Sequence record: SRR31156797_5293 | Reading direction: 5' to 3' (one strand) | DNA: 33,356 nucleotides | Part shown: piece after piece, positions 1 to 8,530 of the stretch | Layout: each line of letters opens with the position of its first letter | Position numbering within the stretch: the first letter of the stretch is position 1 | Made by a program: the position numbers and the translations under genes | The notes under the pieces: generated by a model | Told to the model about the DNA's origin: nothing | The model's database searches: none | The model's input: only the letters and a program-made list of their open reading frames with translations

Positions 1-42
1 GTTCACTCCTAATTGATCGATTTTATCAAATAATTTTTTCAA
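1..42 (-). CDS. tkt: Transketolase, N-terminal fragment running off the window edge
   Basis: Not in the ORF track. TTG start at 42 with AAGGAGG RBS at 51-57. Translates MKKLFDKIDQLGVN, the typical Firmicute Tkt N-terminus (FDxxDQLxVN). Only 14 codons are visible. Confidence 0.75.
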   Translation of the reverse strand, partial: MKKLFDKIDQLGVN

Positions 43-104
43 TTAAATTGCCTCCTTCACTTTCTTCAGCCAGCATGTTTCTATTCACTGCCTTTTCACA
101 ATAG

Positions 105-194
105 AAAAGAACCAGACACCCAAAGTTTACAGGCTAGGAGGCATCTAATGCTCCTCTTTTTAACAGTCCGCAACTTGAGTCGTCCGGTTCTTTT
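105..194 (-). repeat. Long imperfect intergenic palindrome/RNA hairpin between alsE and tkt
   Basis: Outer arms AAAAGAACC(A/G)GAC...GTC(C/T)GGTTCTTTT with nested arms (CAAAGTT/AACTTG, AGGAGGCAT/ATGCTCCT). Several mismatches become G-U pairs on the minus strand. Confidence 0.6.
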
Positions 195-208
195 GCTTTC
201 GGCTTTGC

Positions 209-901
209 TTAGCTACTCAAAACTTTTCCAGTCATTTCTTGATAATCTGCGACCATGATCGACCATGCTTTGGCAATGTCATCATCTAAACCAAACAGTC
301 CACTGCGTCCGACAATATAGATGTCTGGATTGGCTTCATCGATCCGTTTGAAGGATTTCCGATTGGAGGAACCATCCATTTCAATGACATAGTGATAGTC
401 GTATTCTTCCCGTAATTCCCGCAGTTCAACAATTTTATCTAACGCACCTTCAATAAAGCGTTGGCCAGCAAACCCTGGATCAACCGTCATGATCGTGACT
501 TTATCCAAACGATCGATATAAGGCAAAATGACCGATACTGGCGTTTCAGGATTTAAGACGATCCCGGCTTTTAATCCGGCATCATGGATTTGATCGATCA
601 GACGAAATGCTAACCCATCCAAAACTTCAGCGTGCATGCAAATCCATTCACAGTTGATATCGATCAGCTGCTGCACCCAAAAGGCAGGTTCAGTGACCAT
701 CAAATGAGCGGACAAAGGCAAAGTACTGATTTTGCGGACCTCTTGAATAAACCATGGGGATAGGGAAATATTGGGTACGTAATGACCATCCATAATATCA
801 ATATGATAGGAGTCCACTTGGTCATTCAAAAAAGTGATTTGCTCTTTAAATTTATCTAGATCCATCGTCATCAGTGACGGTGAAAATTCAACTTTGTTCA
901 T
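209..901 (-). CDS. alsE: D-allulose-6-phosphate 3-epimerase-like (ribulose-phosphate 3-epimerase family)
   Basis: SPSLMTMDLDKFKEQITFL, HIDIMDGHYVPN, HLMV, MTVDPGFAGQRF, EMDGS. The N-terminus resembles AlsE more than housekeeping Rpe. Confidence 0.85.
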   Translation of the reverse strand: MNKVEFSPSLMTMDLDKFKEQITFLNDQVDSYHIDIMDGHYVPNISLSPWFIQEVRKISTLPLSAHLMVTEPAFWVQQLIDINCEWICMHAEVLDGLAFRLIDQIHDAGLKAGIVLNPETPVSVILPYIDRLDKVTIMTVDPGFAGQRFIEGALDKIVELRELREEYDYHYVIEMDGSSNRKSFKRIDEANPDIYIVGRSGLFGLDDDIAKAWSIMVADYQEMTGKVLSS

Positions 902-972
902 AGACTTATCCTTTCTCCTCGATCAGTCTTGTACTGAGAGGAACGATTCTTCTTTCAATTGAATCGCTTTTC

Positions 973-2073
973 TTAGAAAATTTGAATATCATCTAAATCG
1001 ATTTCTTCTTCTTCCACTTCTGCTTGCGCGGCTACTTGTTCTTCAGTGACATTTTTCTTGATCAAAGCCAAGGTGATCCCAGTCACTACTATATTTACCA
1101 ACAAAGCTACTGCCCCAGCCCATGGACGAGTCATAGTCGGCAGCATCAGCACACCACCAAACGGTACCGTTGCATCTGCCCCTAAGACCATTGAAACAGC
1201 ACCTCCAGCAGCGCCACCGATAGCTGTTGCGATCAGCCCTCGGACGATATCGTTCATAACGATTGGGATCACCCCTTCAACGATATTGATCACACCCATT
1301 GGTACGGCAGATTTTAACGTTTCCACTTCTACAGGCGTATAGATGTTTTTGCCGAACAATTTTGCAATAAAGAATGCTAAACCAAAACCGATTGGTGTTG
1401 CAGTATTGACTAATTGCAACGCAGTGATCGGTCCATTGATCCCTTCTGCTTGCATCGTCAGAACAAAAGCAAAGACCGTTTTATTGATTGGTCCGCCATA
1501 ATCAACGCCACTCAACAAGCCGATGACCGCACCAAAAACCAATAATGAAGAGGAGCCTAAGCTATTTAATGCGTTCGTTAGTAAGTTCGTAAAGGCAGTG
1601 ATCGGTGTACCGATAATATAGACCATGATCAGACCACCGATCAAAGAGGTCAAAAAGGGAATGATCAATGTCGGCATCAAGCCTTTCGCCCAATTTGGTA
1701 CTTTAATAAATCGTAAAATAGCAATTACAAGATATCCAGCTAAGTAGCCGCCCAAGATTCCTCCAATAAAACCTGCACCAATGGCATTGGCTGTCAAACC
1801 AATAATAAACCCTGGCGCGATCCCCGGTTTTTCGGCAATCGCATAAGAAATTCCTGTCGCAATGACCACCGGAAGCAACCCGAGTCCTGCGCCTCCCATC
1901 GTAGCTAAAGCATCCCAAATCGTAAATTCACCTGGCACCAGTTGTCCCTGACTGGTGCCGCCGAAAGCCATGCCAATGGCAATCAAGAATCCGGCACCGC
2001 AGACGATCGGAATCAAATAGGAGATGGCTGTCAACAAATGTCCTTTTAAATTCAATGCTTTGATTTTTTCCAT
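973..2073 (-). CDS. PTS fructose-family EIIC
   Basis: HLLTAISYLIP, KPGIAPG, DYGGPINK, EGVIP motifs. Polytopic hydrophobic protein. Confidence 0.92.
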   Translation of the reverse strand: MEKIKALNLKGHLLTAISYLIPIVCGAGFLIAIGMAFGGTSQGQLVPGEFTIWDALATMGGAGLGLLPVVIATGISYAIAEKPGIAPGFIIGLTANAIGAGFIGGILGGYLAGYLVIAILRFIKVPNWAKGLMPTLIIPFLTSLIGGLIMVYIIGTPITAFTNLLTNALNSLGSSSLLVFGAVIGLLSGVDYGGPINKTVFAFVLTMQAEGINGPITALQLVNTATPIGFGLAFFIAKLFGKNIYTPVEVETLKSAVPMGVINIVEGVIPIVMNDIVRGLIATAIGGAAGGAVSMVLGADATVPFGGVLMLPTMTRPWAGAVALLVNIVVTGITLALIKKNVTEEQVAAQAEVEEEEIDLDDIQIF

Positions 2074-2097
2074 AGTTTCCTTCCTCCTTCGGTTTGC

Positions 2098-2418
2098 TTA
2101 GACCGCCTGCTGTTGAACGACCTCTTTGGCTTTTTCCAACAATTTGCTTGGGGACTTGATGGCAACTTCGGTCGGCACTTGAATGATCCGTTTCCCTTCA
2201 AATCGTTCACGTCCTGCTACTTTGACGTCAACTGCTAAAATCACGACATCTGCAGCCGCAATCGCTTCAGGTGACAATTCATTTTCACGACCGATCGTTC
2301 CTTGTGTCTCCACATGGATCTCGTAACCTGCCTTTTTAGCCGCATTTTCTAACTTTTCTTGAGCAATATAAGTGTGAGCGATCCCTACTGTACATGCACA
2401 TACTCCGACGATTTTCAT
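2098..2418 (-). CDS. PTS fructose-family EIIB
   Basis: ACTVGIAHTY phospho-Cys loop and VETQG. Start moved to ATG 2418, which follows an AAGGAGG RBS. Confidence 0.93.
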   Translation of the reverse strand: MKIVGVCACTVGIAHTYIAQEKLENAAKKAGYEIHVETQGTIGRENELSPEAIAAADVVILAVDVKVAGRERFEGKRIIQVPTEVAIKSPSKLLEKAKEVVQQQAV

Positions 2419-2443
2419 AAATAATTCCTCCTTAAATTTTCTG

Positions 2444-2896
2444 TTATCCTTGAAATGCTTCAATCACTTGCTGCGGCTCTTTTGCTTTCAACAAGGCAGC
2501 CGTCACCTCGTCATTTCCTAATTTCCGAGCGAACAAAGAGAGCAGTTTCAAATGCTTTTGCGCCCCTTCCGTGTCATCACCGACGGCAAATAAGATAATT
2601 CCTTTCACTCCCTTGCCATCCAACGTTTCCCAAGGGATCTCTTGTTTTAAAACCCCGATTGCTACGCCGATCTCCTTCACATGAGCACTTTTTCCATGGG
2701 GAATGGCAATGTAATTACCAATCCCTGTTTGACCAACTGCTTCCCGCTCATAGACATCTTTTAAAAATGCTGCCTGATCCGTCAAGTACTCATTGGTATA
2801 TAAAAGCTGACTCAATTGCTGCAGGGCTTCTTCTTTAGAAGCGGCCTCCATGTTGGTTTTGATTATTTTTGGATCAATCACTGTTGAAATATCCAT
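2444..2896 (-). CDS. PTS fructose/mannitol-family EIIA
   Basis: RE..GQTGIGNYIAIPHGKS with the phospho-His, and HLKLLS. GGAGG RBS upstream. Confidence 0.93.
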   Translation of the reverse strand: MDISTVIDPKIIKTNMEAASKEEALQQLSQLLYTNEYLTDQAAFLKDVYEREAVGQTGIGNYIAIPHGKSAHVKEIGVAIGVLKQEIPWETLDGKGVKGIILFAVGDDTEGAQKHLKLLSLFARKLGNDEVTAALLKAKEPQQVIEAFQG

Positions 2897-2954
2897 TCGT
2901 TTTCCTCCTCTAGTTGAGTACCTCTTGCCTTACTGAATTGACCATTCATTCCTA

Positions 2955-3392
2955 TCAGCCGCATTGGTTGAGAAGGAAGGCTTCGATTTCTTCTTTTGAT
3001 TTTTCTGCAATGAATTGCAGATTTTCTTCATAGGCGAAACATTTCATTAAGCGGATGACTGCTTGTTTCACCGCGGTTGTTTCGTTAGTCTTCATCAGGA
3101 TCGCAAAAATCGTTTTTGCTTGCAGCGTTCCCTGCCAAAGGACTTCTTCACCTCTGACTAGAACGATTCCGCTTTTTTTCACCACAGCACTTTCAATGTG
3201 CGGTAGCGCAAAATCTTCAGCAATCATCGTATTGCCGCTCGCTTCTCGGGCTTGCAGTGCTTCAAATAGCAGGGTTTTGCTCTCCGTCAGCCCGATTGTT
3301 TGGCTAACACCTGCAATCTTCCTTAAAACATCGACTTTCGTCTCTCCTGCTTCTGTTGAAACTAAAGTAAGGGACAAAGGGAATTTAGTCAT
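2955..3392 (-). CDS. Stand-alone EIIA (PTS_EIIA_2) protein, probably the detached C-terminal domain of the upstream PRD regulator
   Basis: REASGNTMIAEDFALPHIES. Overlaps the regulator stop by 8 nt and has its own GGAGG RBS at 3400-3404. Confidence 0.82.
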   Translation of the reverse strand: MTKFPLSLTLVSTEAGETKVDVLRKIAGVSQTIGLTESKTLLFEALQAREASGNTMIAEDFALPHIESAVVKKSGIVLVRGEEVLWQGTLQAKTIFAILMKTNETTAVKQAVIRLMKCFAYEENLQFIAEKSKEEIEAFLLNQCG

Positions 3393-4863
3393 TTCTCACC
3401 CTCCCAATCATCACTTCAAGGCGTTTTTGGTCTTCCATCGTCAGCATGGCGCTCACGATCACAACCGGAATCGGACTATCGATCGTTAATTGAACGGTTG
3501 AGATGATCATCTCCGTATCCGGGTGTTGCTTTAAAGCCGCTTCCACATCACGAGAAGGTAGGACAGCGGTGATTGCTAACTCACGAAATTTCTTATGCAC
3601 TTTTACTTTTAATAATTCGGAGGTCCCGATTCCTGTAGTACAGACGATCATTACCTTGAGTTGTTGAGGATGTTCTTCGATCGCTTGAGCAAAGTAAAGG
3701 GTGACAAAGCCGATTTCATCTTCTGTGAGCGCTGGCAAATCGTACACTTGGCAGATTTCTCTTGCAGTCTCTTCGGTAGCAAAAAACAAATCTGTATATT
3801 CTAATTTGATTTGCTCCAAAAGATTGTTTTTGACTTCGATCCCATGTCGCAACCGATTGATCATTGGTTTGATATGGCGAGCCAATTTACCGAATAACTC
3901 CTCGTCTTCAAATGACCGCTGCAGCTGAGTGCTCATTTTTTCTATAAATGCATTAGAAATTAGTTTTACTTGTTCTGACAGATCCTCTAATTCATCCGTG
4001 GCCTTTTGCATCCGTGAGGAGACGAGGTATTGATACATATAATAGCTTTCGTTTTCCGGTAATTTCGTATGCAAGTACTGTTCGCTATTGCCAATGATCT
4101 CTTTGGCGATGGTGGCTAATTCTGGGTTTTCTTGCATTTGCTGTTTCTCTTTCTCATCTAAAATATCCTCATTAAATGAATTCCCTACTTTGCGAAACCG
4201 TCGCAATAAGATATACAGGTGAGAAAAAAGATTAATGTTATAAGGATGTGGTATTACTAATCCTAGGTGATTTTCAATCAAATTCAGCTGTCGCAAAACA
4301 AACTCCGCATCATAGCGGTTGAACGCCTCATTCGTCACATGCAGATCATCCAAGCGGATATTGCGGGTTTGTTGGATATACTCCTGCAATGCACGACGGA
4401 TATTTTTTTCTGCACCGTTCACCCCGATCATTTTATTTTTGCGGGAAACCGTCAGCTCAAAACGCTGCAAAGCTTCAGAAATTAATTTCTCATCACTGTT
4501 GATAACCGTTTCACTCACATAAAAAGGCTGATACAGGGAAAAAATATTCTTTCTTTTTGGGGAAATAAGCAATAGCTCCTCCATCACCTTGTTCCGGCGT
4601 TCCACTGGTGTCAGCGCATTCGGCATTTCCGCTTTCTGACTCTGGGACTTTTCTTGATGATGGAAACTTAAGCGGTAGCCTTTCCCTTTTTCTGAGAGAA
4701 TCACATAGTCAATCGCGGCATCCTCATTGATTGCTTTTACGATGCGATAAATCGACTTTGTAGAAAGTCGAAGCGCTGCGGATAGTTCATCGGCCGTGAC
4801 AAATTCTCTCGTATTGGAAAGAATATGGATGATTTTTCTCTTTCGTTGTTCCATAACAGTCAT
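3385..4863 (-). CDS. BglG/LicR/ManR-type PRD transcriptional regulator (HTH-Mga-PRD-PRD-EIIB, no fused EIIA)
   Basis: N-terminal HTH (TADELSAALRLSTKSIYR), PRD His motifs (LFSHL, LARHI) and EIIB VCTTGIGTS. Start ATG 4863 follows AAAGGAGA. Confidence 0.9.
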   Translation of the reverse strand: MTVMEQRKRKIIHILSNTREFVTADELSAALRLSTKSIYRIVKAINEDAAIDYVILSEKGKGYRLSFHHQEKSQSQKAEMPNALTPVERRNKVMEELLLISPKRKNIFSLYQPFYVSETVINSDEKLISEALQRFELTVSRKNKMIGVNGAEKNIRRALQEYIQQTRNIRLDDLHVTNEAFNRYDAEFVLRQLNLIENHLGLVIPHPYNINLFSHLYILLRRFRKVGNSFNEDILDEKEKQQMQENPELATIAKEIIGNSEQYLHTKLPENESYYMYQYLVSSRMQKATDELEDLSEQVKLISNAFIEKMSTQLQRSFEDEELFGKLARHIKPMINRLRHGIEVKNNLLEQIKLEYTDLFFATEETAREICQVYDLPALTEDEIGFVTLYFAQAIEEHPQQLKVMIVCTTGIGTSELLKVKVHKKFRELAITAVLPSRDVEAALKQHPDTEMIISTVQLTIDSPIPVVIVSAMLTMEDQKRLEVMIGRVRND

Positions 4864-4889
4864 GTAACCGTTCTCCTTTCTACACACTT

Positions 4890-4949
4890 ATCATAGCACT
4901 AGGAAATGTAAGCGTTCTATCATTCTTTGTCCCCTTCATGGGACAAAGA
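4890..4949 (-). promoter_or_regulatory. Promoter of the als-PTS operon: extended -10, cre-like site and 10-bp inverted repeat (putative activator site)
   Basis: TGcTATGAT at 4890-4898 (minus). TGTAAGCGTTCTAT at 4907-4920 (cre-like). TCTTTGTCCC-N6-GGGACAAAGA at 4924-4949. Confidence 0.6.
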
Positions 4950-4986
4950 TGATCAATAATAAGAATTACAATACAACGTTAAGGAC

Positions 4987-5017
4987 AAAAAAAACAGCCA
5001 TTTTTCAAAATGGCTGT
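4987..5017 (-). terminator. Intrinsic terminator of the rha-fucO transcript
   Basis: ACAGCCATTTT-GA-AAAATGGCTGT stem followed by a T-run on the minus strand. Confidence 0.8.
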
Positions 5018-5208
5018 AACAAAGTCAGTGTTATCATCAATGTTCATTATTCAACTGTTGGAATAAGAAAAGCTGCTAGTTCCCATGAAACGAGAAGGAA
5101 AACGCCGTTTATCGAAACCATTCAACCTTCGTTAAGGAGCAATCCAGGTTTGAGCGCCTATACAGCAAGCGAAATAAGCACGCTCATTGAAAGGAACGAT
5201 TTGAGCTT

Positions 5209-6360
5209 TTACATCAACGAACGATAAAGCTCAATAATCTCTTCTAAAGTCGTTTCCCGCGGGTTGCCTGGTGTGCAGACATCGTTCAAGGCATCTTTGG
5301 CGATGGCTGGGATATCTTCTTCTTTGACGCCTAATTCAGAAATGGTCGCTGGAATGCCCACATCTTTGCTTAACTGATCGATTGCTTGGCAAGCAGCATC
5401 TCGGACGTCTTCAAGTGACATCGTTTCTGCCCCTTCAATGCCTAAAACGATCGCGATCTCACGGTATTTTTCACCCGTAAAGTCTTTGTTGTATTTCATG
5501 ATGGTTGGCAACAAAGACGCGCACGCTACTCCGTGAGGAATGTTGTACCAAGCGGACAATGGATGTGCCATGCCGTGGACTAAGCCCAAGCCGACGTTTG
5601 AAAAGCCCATACCGGCAATGTATTGCCCTAGTGCCATCGCTTCTCGTCCTGCTTGATCGCCATTCACGGAATCTCTCAATGAGCGCCCGATGATCTCGAT
5701 TGCTTTGATGTGCAGCATGTCAGTCATTTCCCAAGCGCCTTTGGTGATGAAGCCTTCGATGGCGTGGGTCATGGCATCCATCCCCGTTGCAGCTGCCAGG
5801 CTCTTCGGCATCCCCATCATCATATCGCTGTCCACAAAGGCTACTAGAGGAATATCGTGAGGATCTACACAAACAAATTTCCGATGATTTTCTTCATCTG
5901 TAATCACATAGTTAATCGTTACTTCGGCTGCAGTCCCAGAAGTTGTCGGTACCGCTAAAATCGGCAAGCATGGATGTTTCGTGTCTGCCACGCCTTCCAA
6001 ACTAATCACATCTGAAAATTCAGGATTCGTAGCAATGATTGCGATCGCTTTTGCCGTATCGATCGGTGAACCACCGCCAATCGCAATGATACAATTGGCT
6101 TGGGCTTCTTTGACAAAGGCTAAGCCGTCTTTGACATTTTGGATCGTTGGGTTGGGCACGATCCCATCATATAACGCATAGTCGACACCTGCTTCATCCA
6201 ATAATTTCGTCACTTTGGTTGCTACTTCAAATTCCACCAAATCTTTGTCGGTGATCACAGCCGCTTTTTTGAACCCTCGTGCTTTGAATTCGGTCGGTAC
6301 GTTCTCGATCGCTCCTTTTCCAAAATACGATGTTTCATTCAAAATCATTCTATTTGCCAT
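5209..6360 (-). CDS. fucO: Lactaldehyde reductase (Fe-containing 1,2-propanediol oxidoreductase)
   Basis: MANRMILNETSYFG, GGGSPIDTAKAI, DAMTHAIEG, GLVHGMAH, HGVA. Lies downstream of rhaD. Confidence 0.93.
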   Translation of the reverse strand: MANRMILNETSYFGKGAIENVPTEFKARGFKKAAVITDKDLVEFEVATKVTKLLDEAGVDYALYDGIVPNPTIQNVKDGLAFVKEAQANCIIAIGGGSPIDTAKAIAIIATNPEFSDVISLEGVADTKHPCLPILAVPTTSGTAAEVTINYVITDEENHRKFVCVDPHDIPLVAFVDSDMMMGMPKSLAAATGMDAMTHAIEGFITKGAWEMTDMLHIKAIEIIGRSLRDSVNGDQAGREAMALGQYIAGMGFSNVGLGLVHGMAHPLSAWYNIPHGVACASLLPTIMKYNKDFTGEKYREIAIVLGIEGAETMSLEDVRDAACQAIDQLSKDVGIPATISELGVKEEDIPAIAKDALNDVCTPGNPRETTLEEIIELYRSLM

Positions 6361-6402
6361 TCTTCCTACCTCCATTTGTTTGTTTATTCACAATATAGTT
6401 TA

Positions 6403-6431
6403 AATAGAAAAGACTGAGAGCCTTTTCTATT
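6403..6431 (-). terminator. Hairpin between rhaD and fucO (weak terminator or mRNA stabiliser)
   Basis: AATAGAAAAGGCT-CTC-AGTCTTTTCTATT on the minus strand. Confidence 0.45.
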
Positions 6432-6444
6432 CTTCTACCATTAC

Positions 6445-7269
6445 TTATACCTCAAGATAGCCTGCTCGGGGAGTGACTTTGAAAGCGTCAGCCAATTTTT
6501 TCAGATTTTCATCTGTAATGGTTTGTAAGATTGGGCCTTGCGCTTTAACATATGTGTACACTTCCGCAGCTTTCTCTGCCGTTTCAATCAAGCCAAAGAC
6601 TTCATCCATATCTTTGCCAGCACCGTAGATGCCATGTTGCGGCCAAAGTACCAAACGGGTTTCTTTCATTTTAGCAGCTGTTGCTTCGCCGATCTCGTTC
6701 GTTCCTGGAACCATCCAAGGAATGATGGAAACACCTTCTGGGAAGACCACCAAGCACTCCGTACACATCTGCCACAGGGTCCTCGTGAAACTGCGTTCAT
6801 CCAACTCATGGGTAAAACTCATGGCCAAAAGATGCGATGCGTGGTTATGCATGATGATTCGGTTTTCTGGATCGACCGACAAGCGAGCGATATGACTCAT
6901 GAAATGACTTGGCAATTCACTCGTTGGCACCGCACCATTTTCCAAGCCCCAAAGCAATTCCAATGTTTGCCCATCTTCTTTGACCCGAATCACACCAAGG
7001 TTTTCCGCTGGATGTGCGGCTACATTTTTAAAGTATTTTCCTGAACCTGTCACAATAAAGTACTTGCCGGCTAGTGCCGTAGCATCAAAAATCATGGGAA
7101 TTTCCCGCAAGACGCTTTGCGGATCGATGAAAGGCAAGATCTCTTCTTCTGTTAATAAGTAAGAAATATTGCCACCGTTGCGCTCATCCCACCCTAAACG
7201 GTAAAGATTTGCTGTCGTTTCCATCATTTCTTGTACAAAATTCGCTTGTAAAATATCAATTTTTTTCAT
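6445..7269 (-). CDS. rhaD: Rhamnulose-1-phosphate aldolase
   Basis: [36 protein letters not shown]. Confidence 0.96.
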   Translation of the reverse strand: MKKIDILQANFVQEMMETTANLYRLGWDERNGGNISYLLTEEEILPFIDPQSVLREIPMIFDATALAGKYFIVTGSGKYFKNVAAHPAENLGVIRVKEDGQTLELLWGLENGAVPTSELPSHFMSHIARLSVDPENRIIMHNHASHLLAMSFTHELDERSFTRTLWQMCTECLVVFPEGVSIIPWMVPGTNEIGEATAAKMKETRLVLWPQHGIYGAGKDMDEVFGLIETAEKAAEVYTYVKAQGPILQTITDENLKKLADAFKVTPRAGYLEV

Positions 7270-7276
7270 CGTTCTC

Positions 7277-8530
7277 CTACTTTCTGGCTTTTAAGACGGT
7301 TTCTTCATAGGCTTTCACTTCTGATAGCCAATCCAGACCTGCTGGTACCCCTTGGCTTTCACAGAAGTAATTCCAAACATCTGCATACGGATAGTCTTTT
7401 AATTCTTCCGTCATGGCTAAACGAGTGGTAAAATCACCTGACAATTCGATTGCTTTTAGTTCTTCGATCGGTTCTAGCATCGCTTTTAGCAACGCTTTTT
7501 GAGTATTGCGCGTCCCGATCACCCACGCAGCGACCCGATTGATCGTTGCATCAAAGAAATCTAACCCAATGTTGGTTTTTGGCAATAAGTCATTGCGAAC
7601 CAATTCGCGGCCAATCTCTTGCAATTCATCGTCCATGATCACGACATGATCACTATCCCAGCGTACAGGACGGCTGACATGCAGCAAAATGCCTTTGCTG
7701 AATAGTGCCAATGAAGACAATTTATTGGAGATCACTTCGGTTGGATGGAAATGTCCAGCATCCAAACAAATCAATTTATCGCGCGTCAAGCCATAGCCCA
7801 TATAAAATTCATGAGAGCCGACGGTGTAGGCTTCGGCACCAAGACCAAACAGCTTGCTTTCCACGGCATCCACTGTGTATTCCGCTGGCAATTCTTCAGC
7901 AAAAATCTCATCTAATGCTGTCATCAAGCGTTCCCGTGGTGTAAAACGATCGATCGGGTTGTCTTTGTAGCCATCTGGCACCCAGAAATTATTGACACAG
8001 ACTTGCCCAGTTTCTTTCCCCATATAGGCAGCGATTTGACGCGAACGTTTGCCGTGTTCGATCCAAAACTGACGAACTTCTTCATCTGGTGAAGCAAGGG
8101 TAAAGCCATCTTTGAACATGGGATGTGAGAAAAAGGTTGGATTGAAGTCTAAACCTAAGCCTTGTTCTTTCGCCCAAGCGACCCATTTTTCAAAATGCTT
8201 CGGCTCCAATTCATTTAGATCCACTGCTTCCTCGGTGTCTAAATAGATAGCGTGAAGGTTCAATTTGTGTTTTCCAGGAATCAAAGAGTAGGCTTTTTCT
8301 AAATCTTGGCGCAACTCCTCTGGGGTATGGGCAGCACCAGGATAATTCCCCGTTACAGAGATCCCACCAGATAATGCTTCATCACTCAAAAATCCTTGGA
8401 CATCGTCCCCTTGCCAAACATGCATCGAGATTTTCACATTGGCTAATTTTTTCAAAACCGTATCCGTGTCGACGCCCAATTTGGCATATGCTGTCTTAGC
8501 TTCTTCATAACGCTGTTGAATCGTTGTCAT
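7277..8530 (-). CDS. rhaA: L-rhamnose isomerase
   Basis: [50 protein letters not shown]. Confidence 0.97.
   Translation of the reverse strand: MTTIQQRYEEAKTAYAKLGVDTDTVLKKLANVKISMHVWQGDDVQGFLSDEALSGGISVTGNYPGAAHTPEELRQDLEKAYSLIPGKHKLNLHAIYLDTEEAVDLNELEPKHFEKWVAWAKEQGLGLDFNPTFFSHPMFKDGFTLASPDEEVRQFWIEHGKRSRQIAAYMGKETGQVCVNNFWVPDGYKDNPIDRFTPRERLMTALDEIFAEELPAEYTVDAVESKLFGLGAEAYTVGSHEFYMGYGLTRDKLICLDAGHFHPTEVISNKLSSLALFSKGILLHVSRPVRWDSDHVVIMDDELQEIGRELVRNDLLPKTNIGLDFFDATINRVAAWVIGTRNTQKALLKAMLEPIEELKAIELSGDFTTRLAMTEELKDYPYADVWNYFCESQGVPAGLDWLSEVKAYEETVLKARK

Noticed and set aside
959-972. cre-like TTGAATCGCTTTTC upstream of alsE
   Set aside because: The outer TG/CA positions are out of register with the central CG.
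4949-5227. 92-aa plus-strand intergenic ORF
   Set aside because: No RBS, runs through a terminator, and has no coherent domain.
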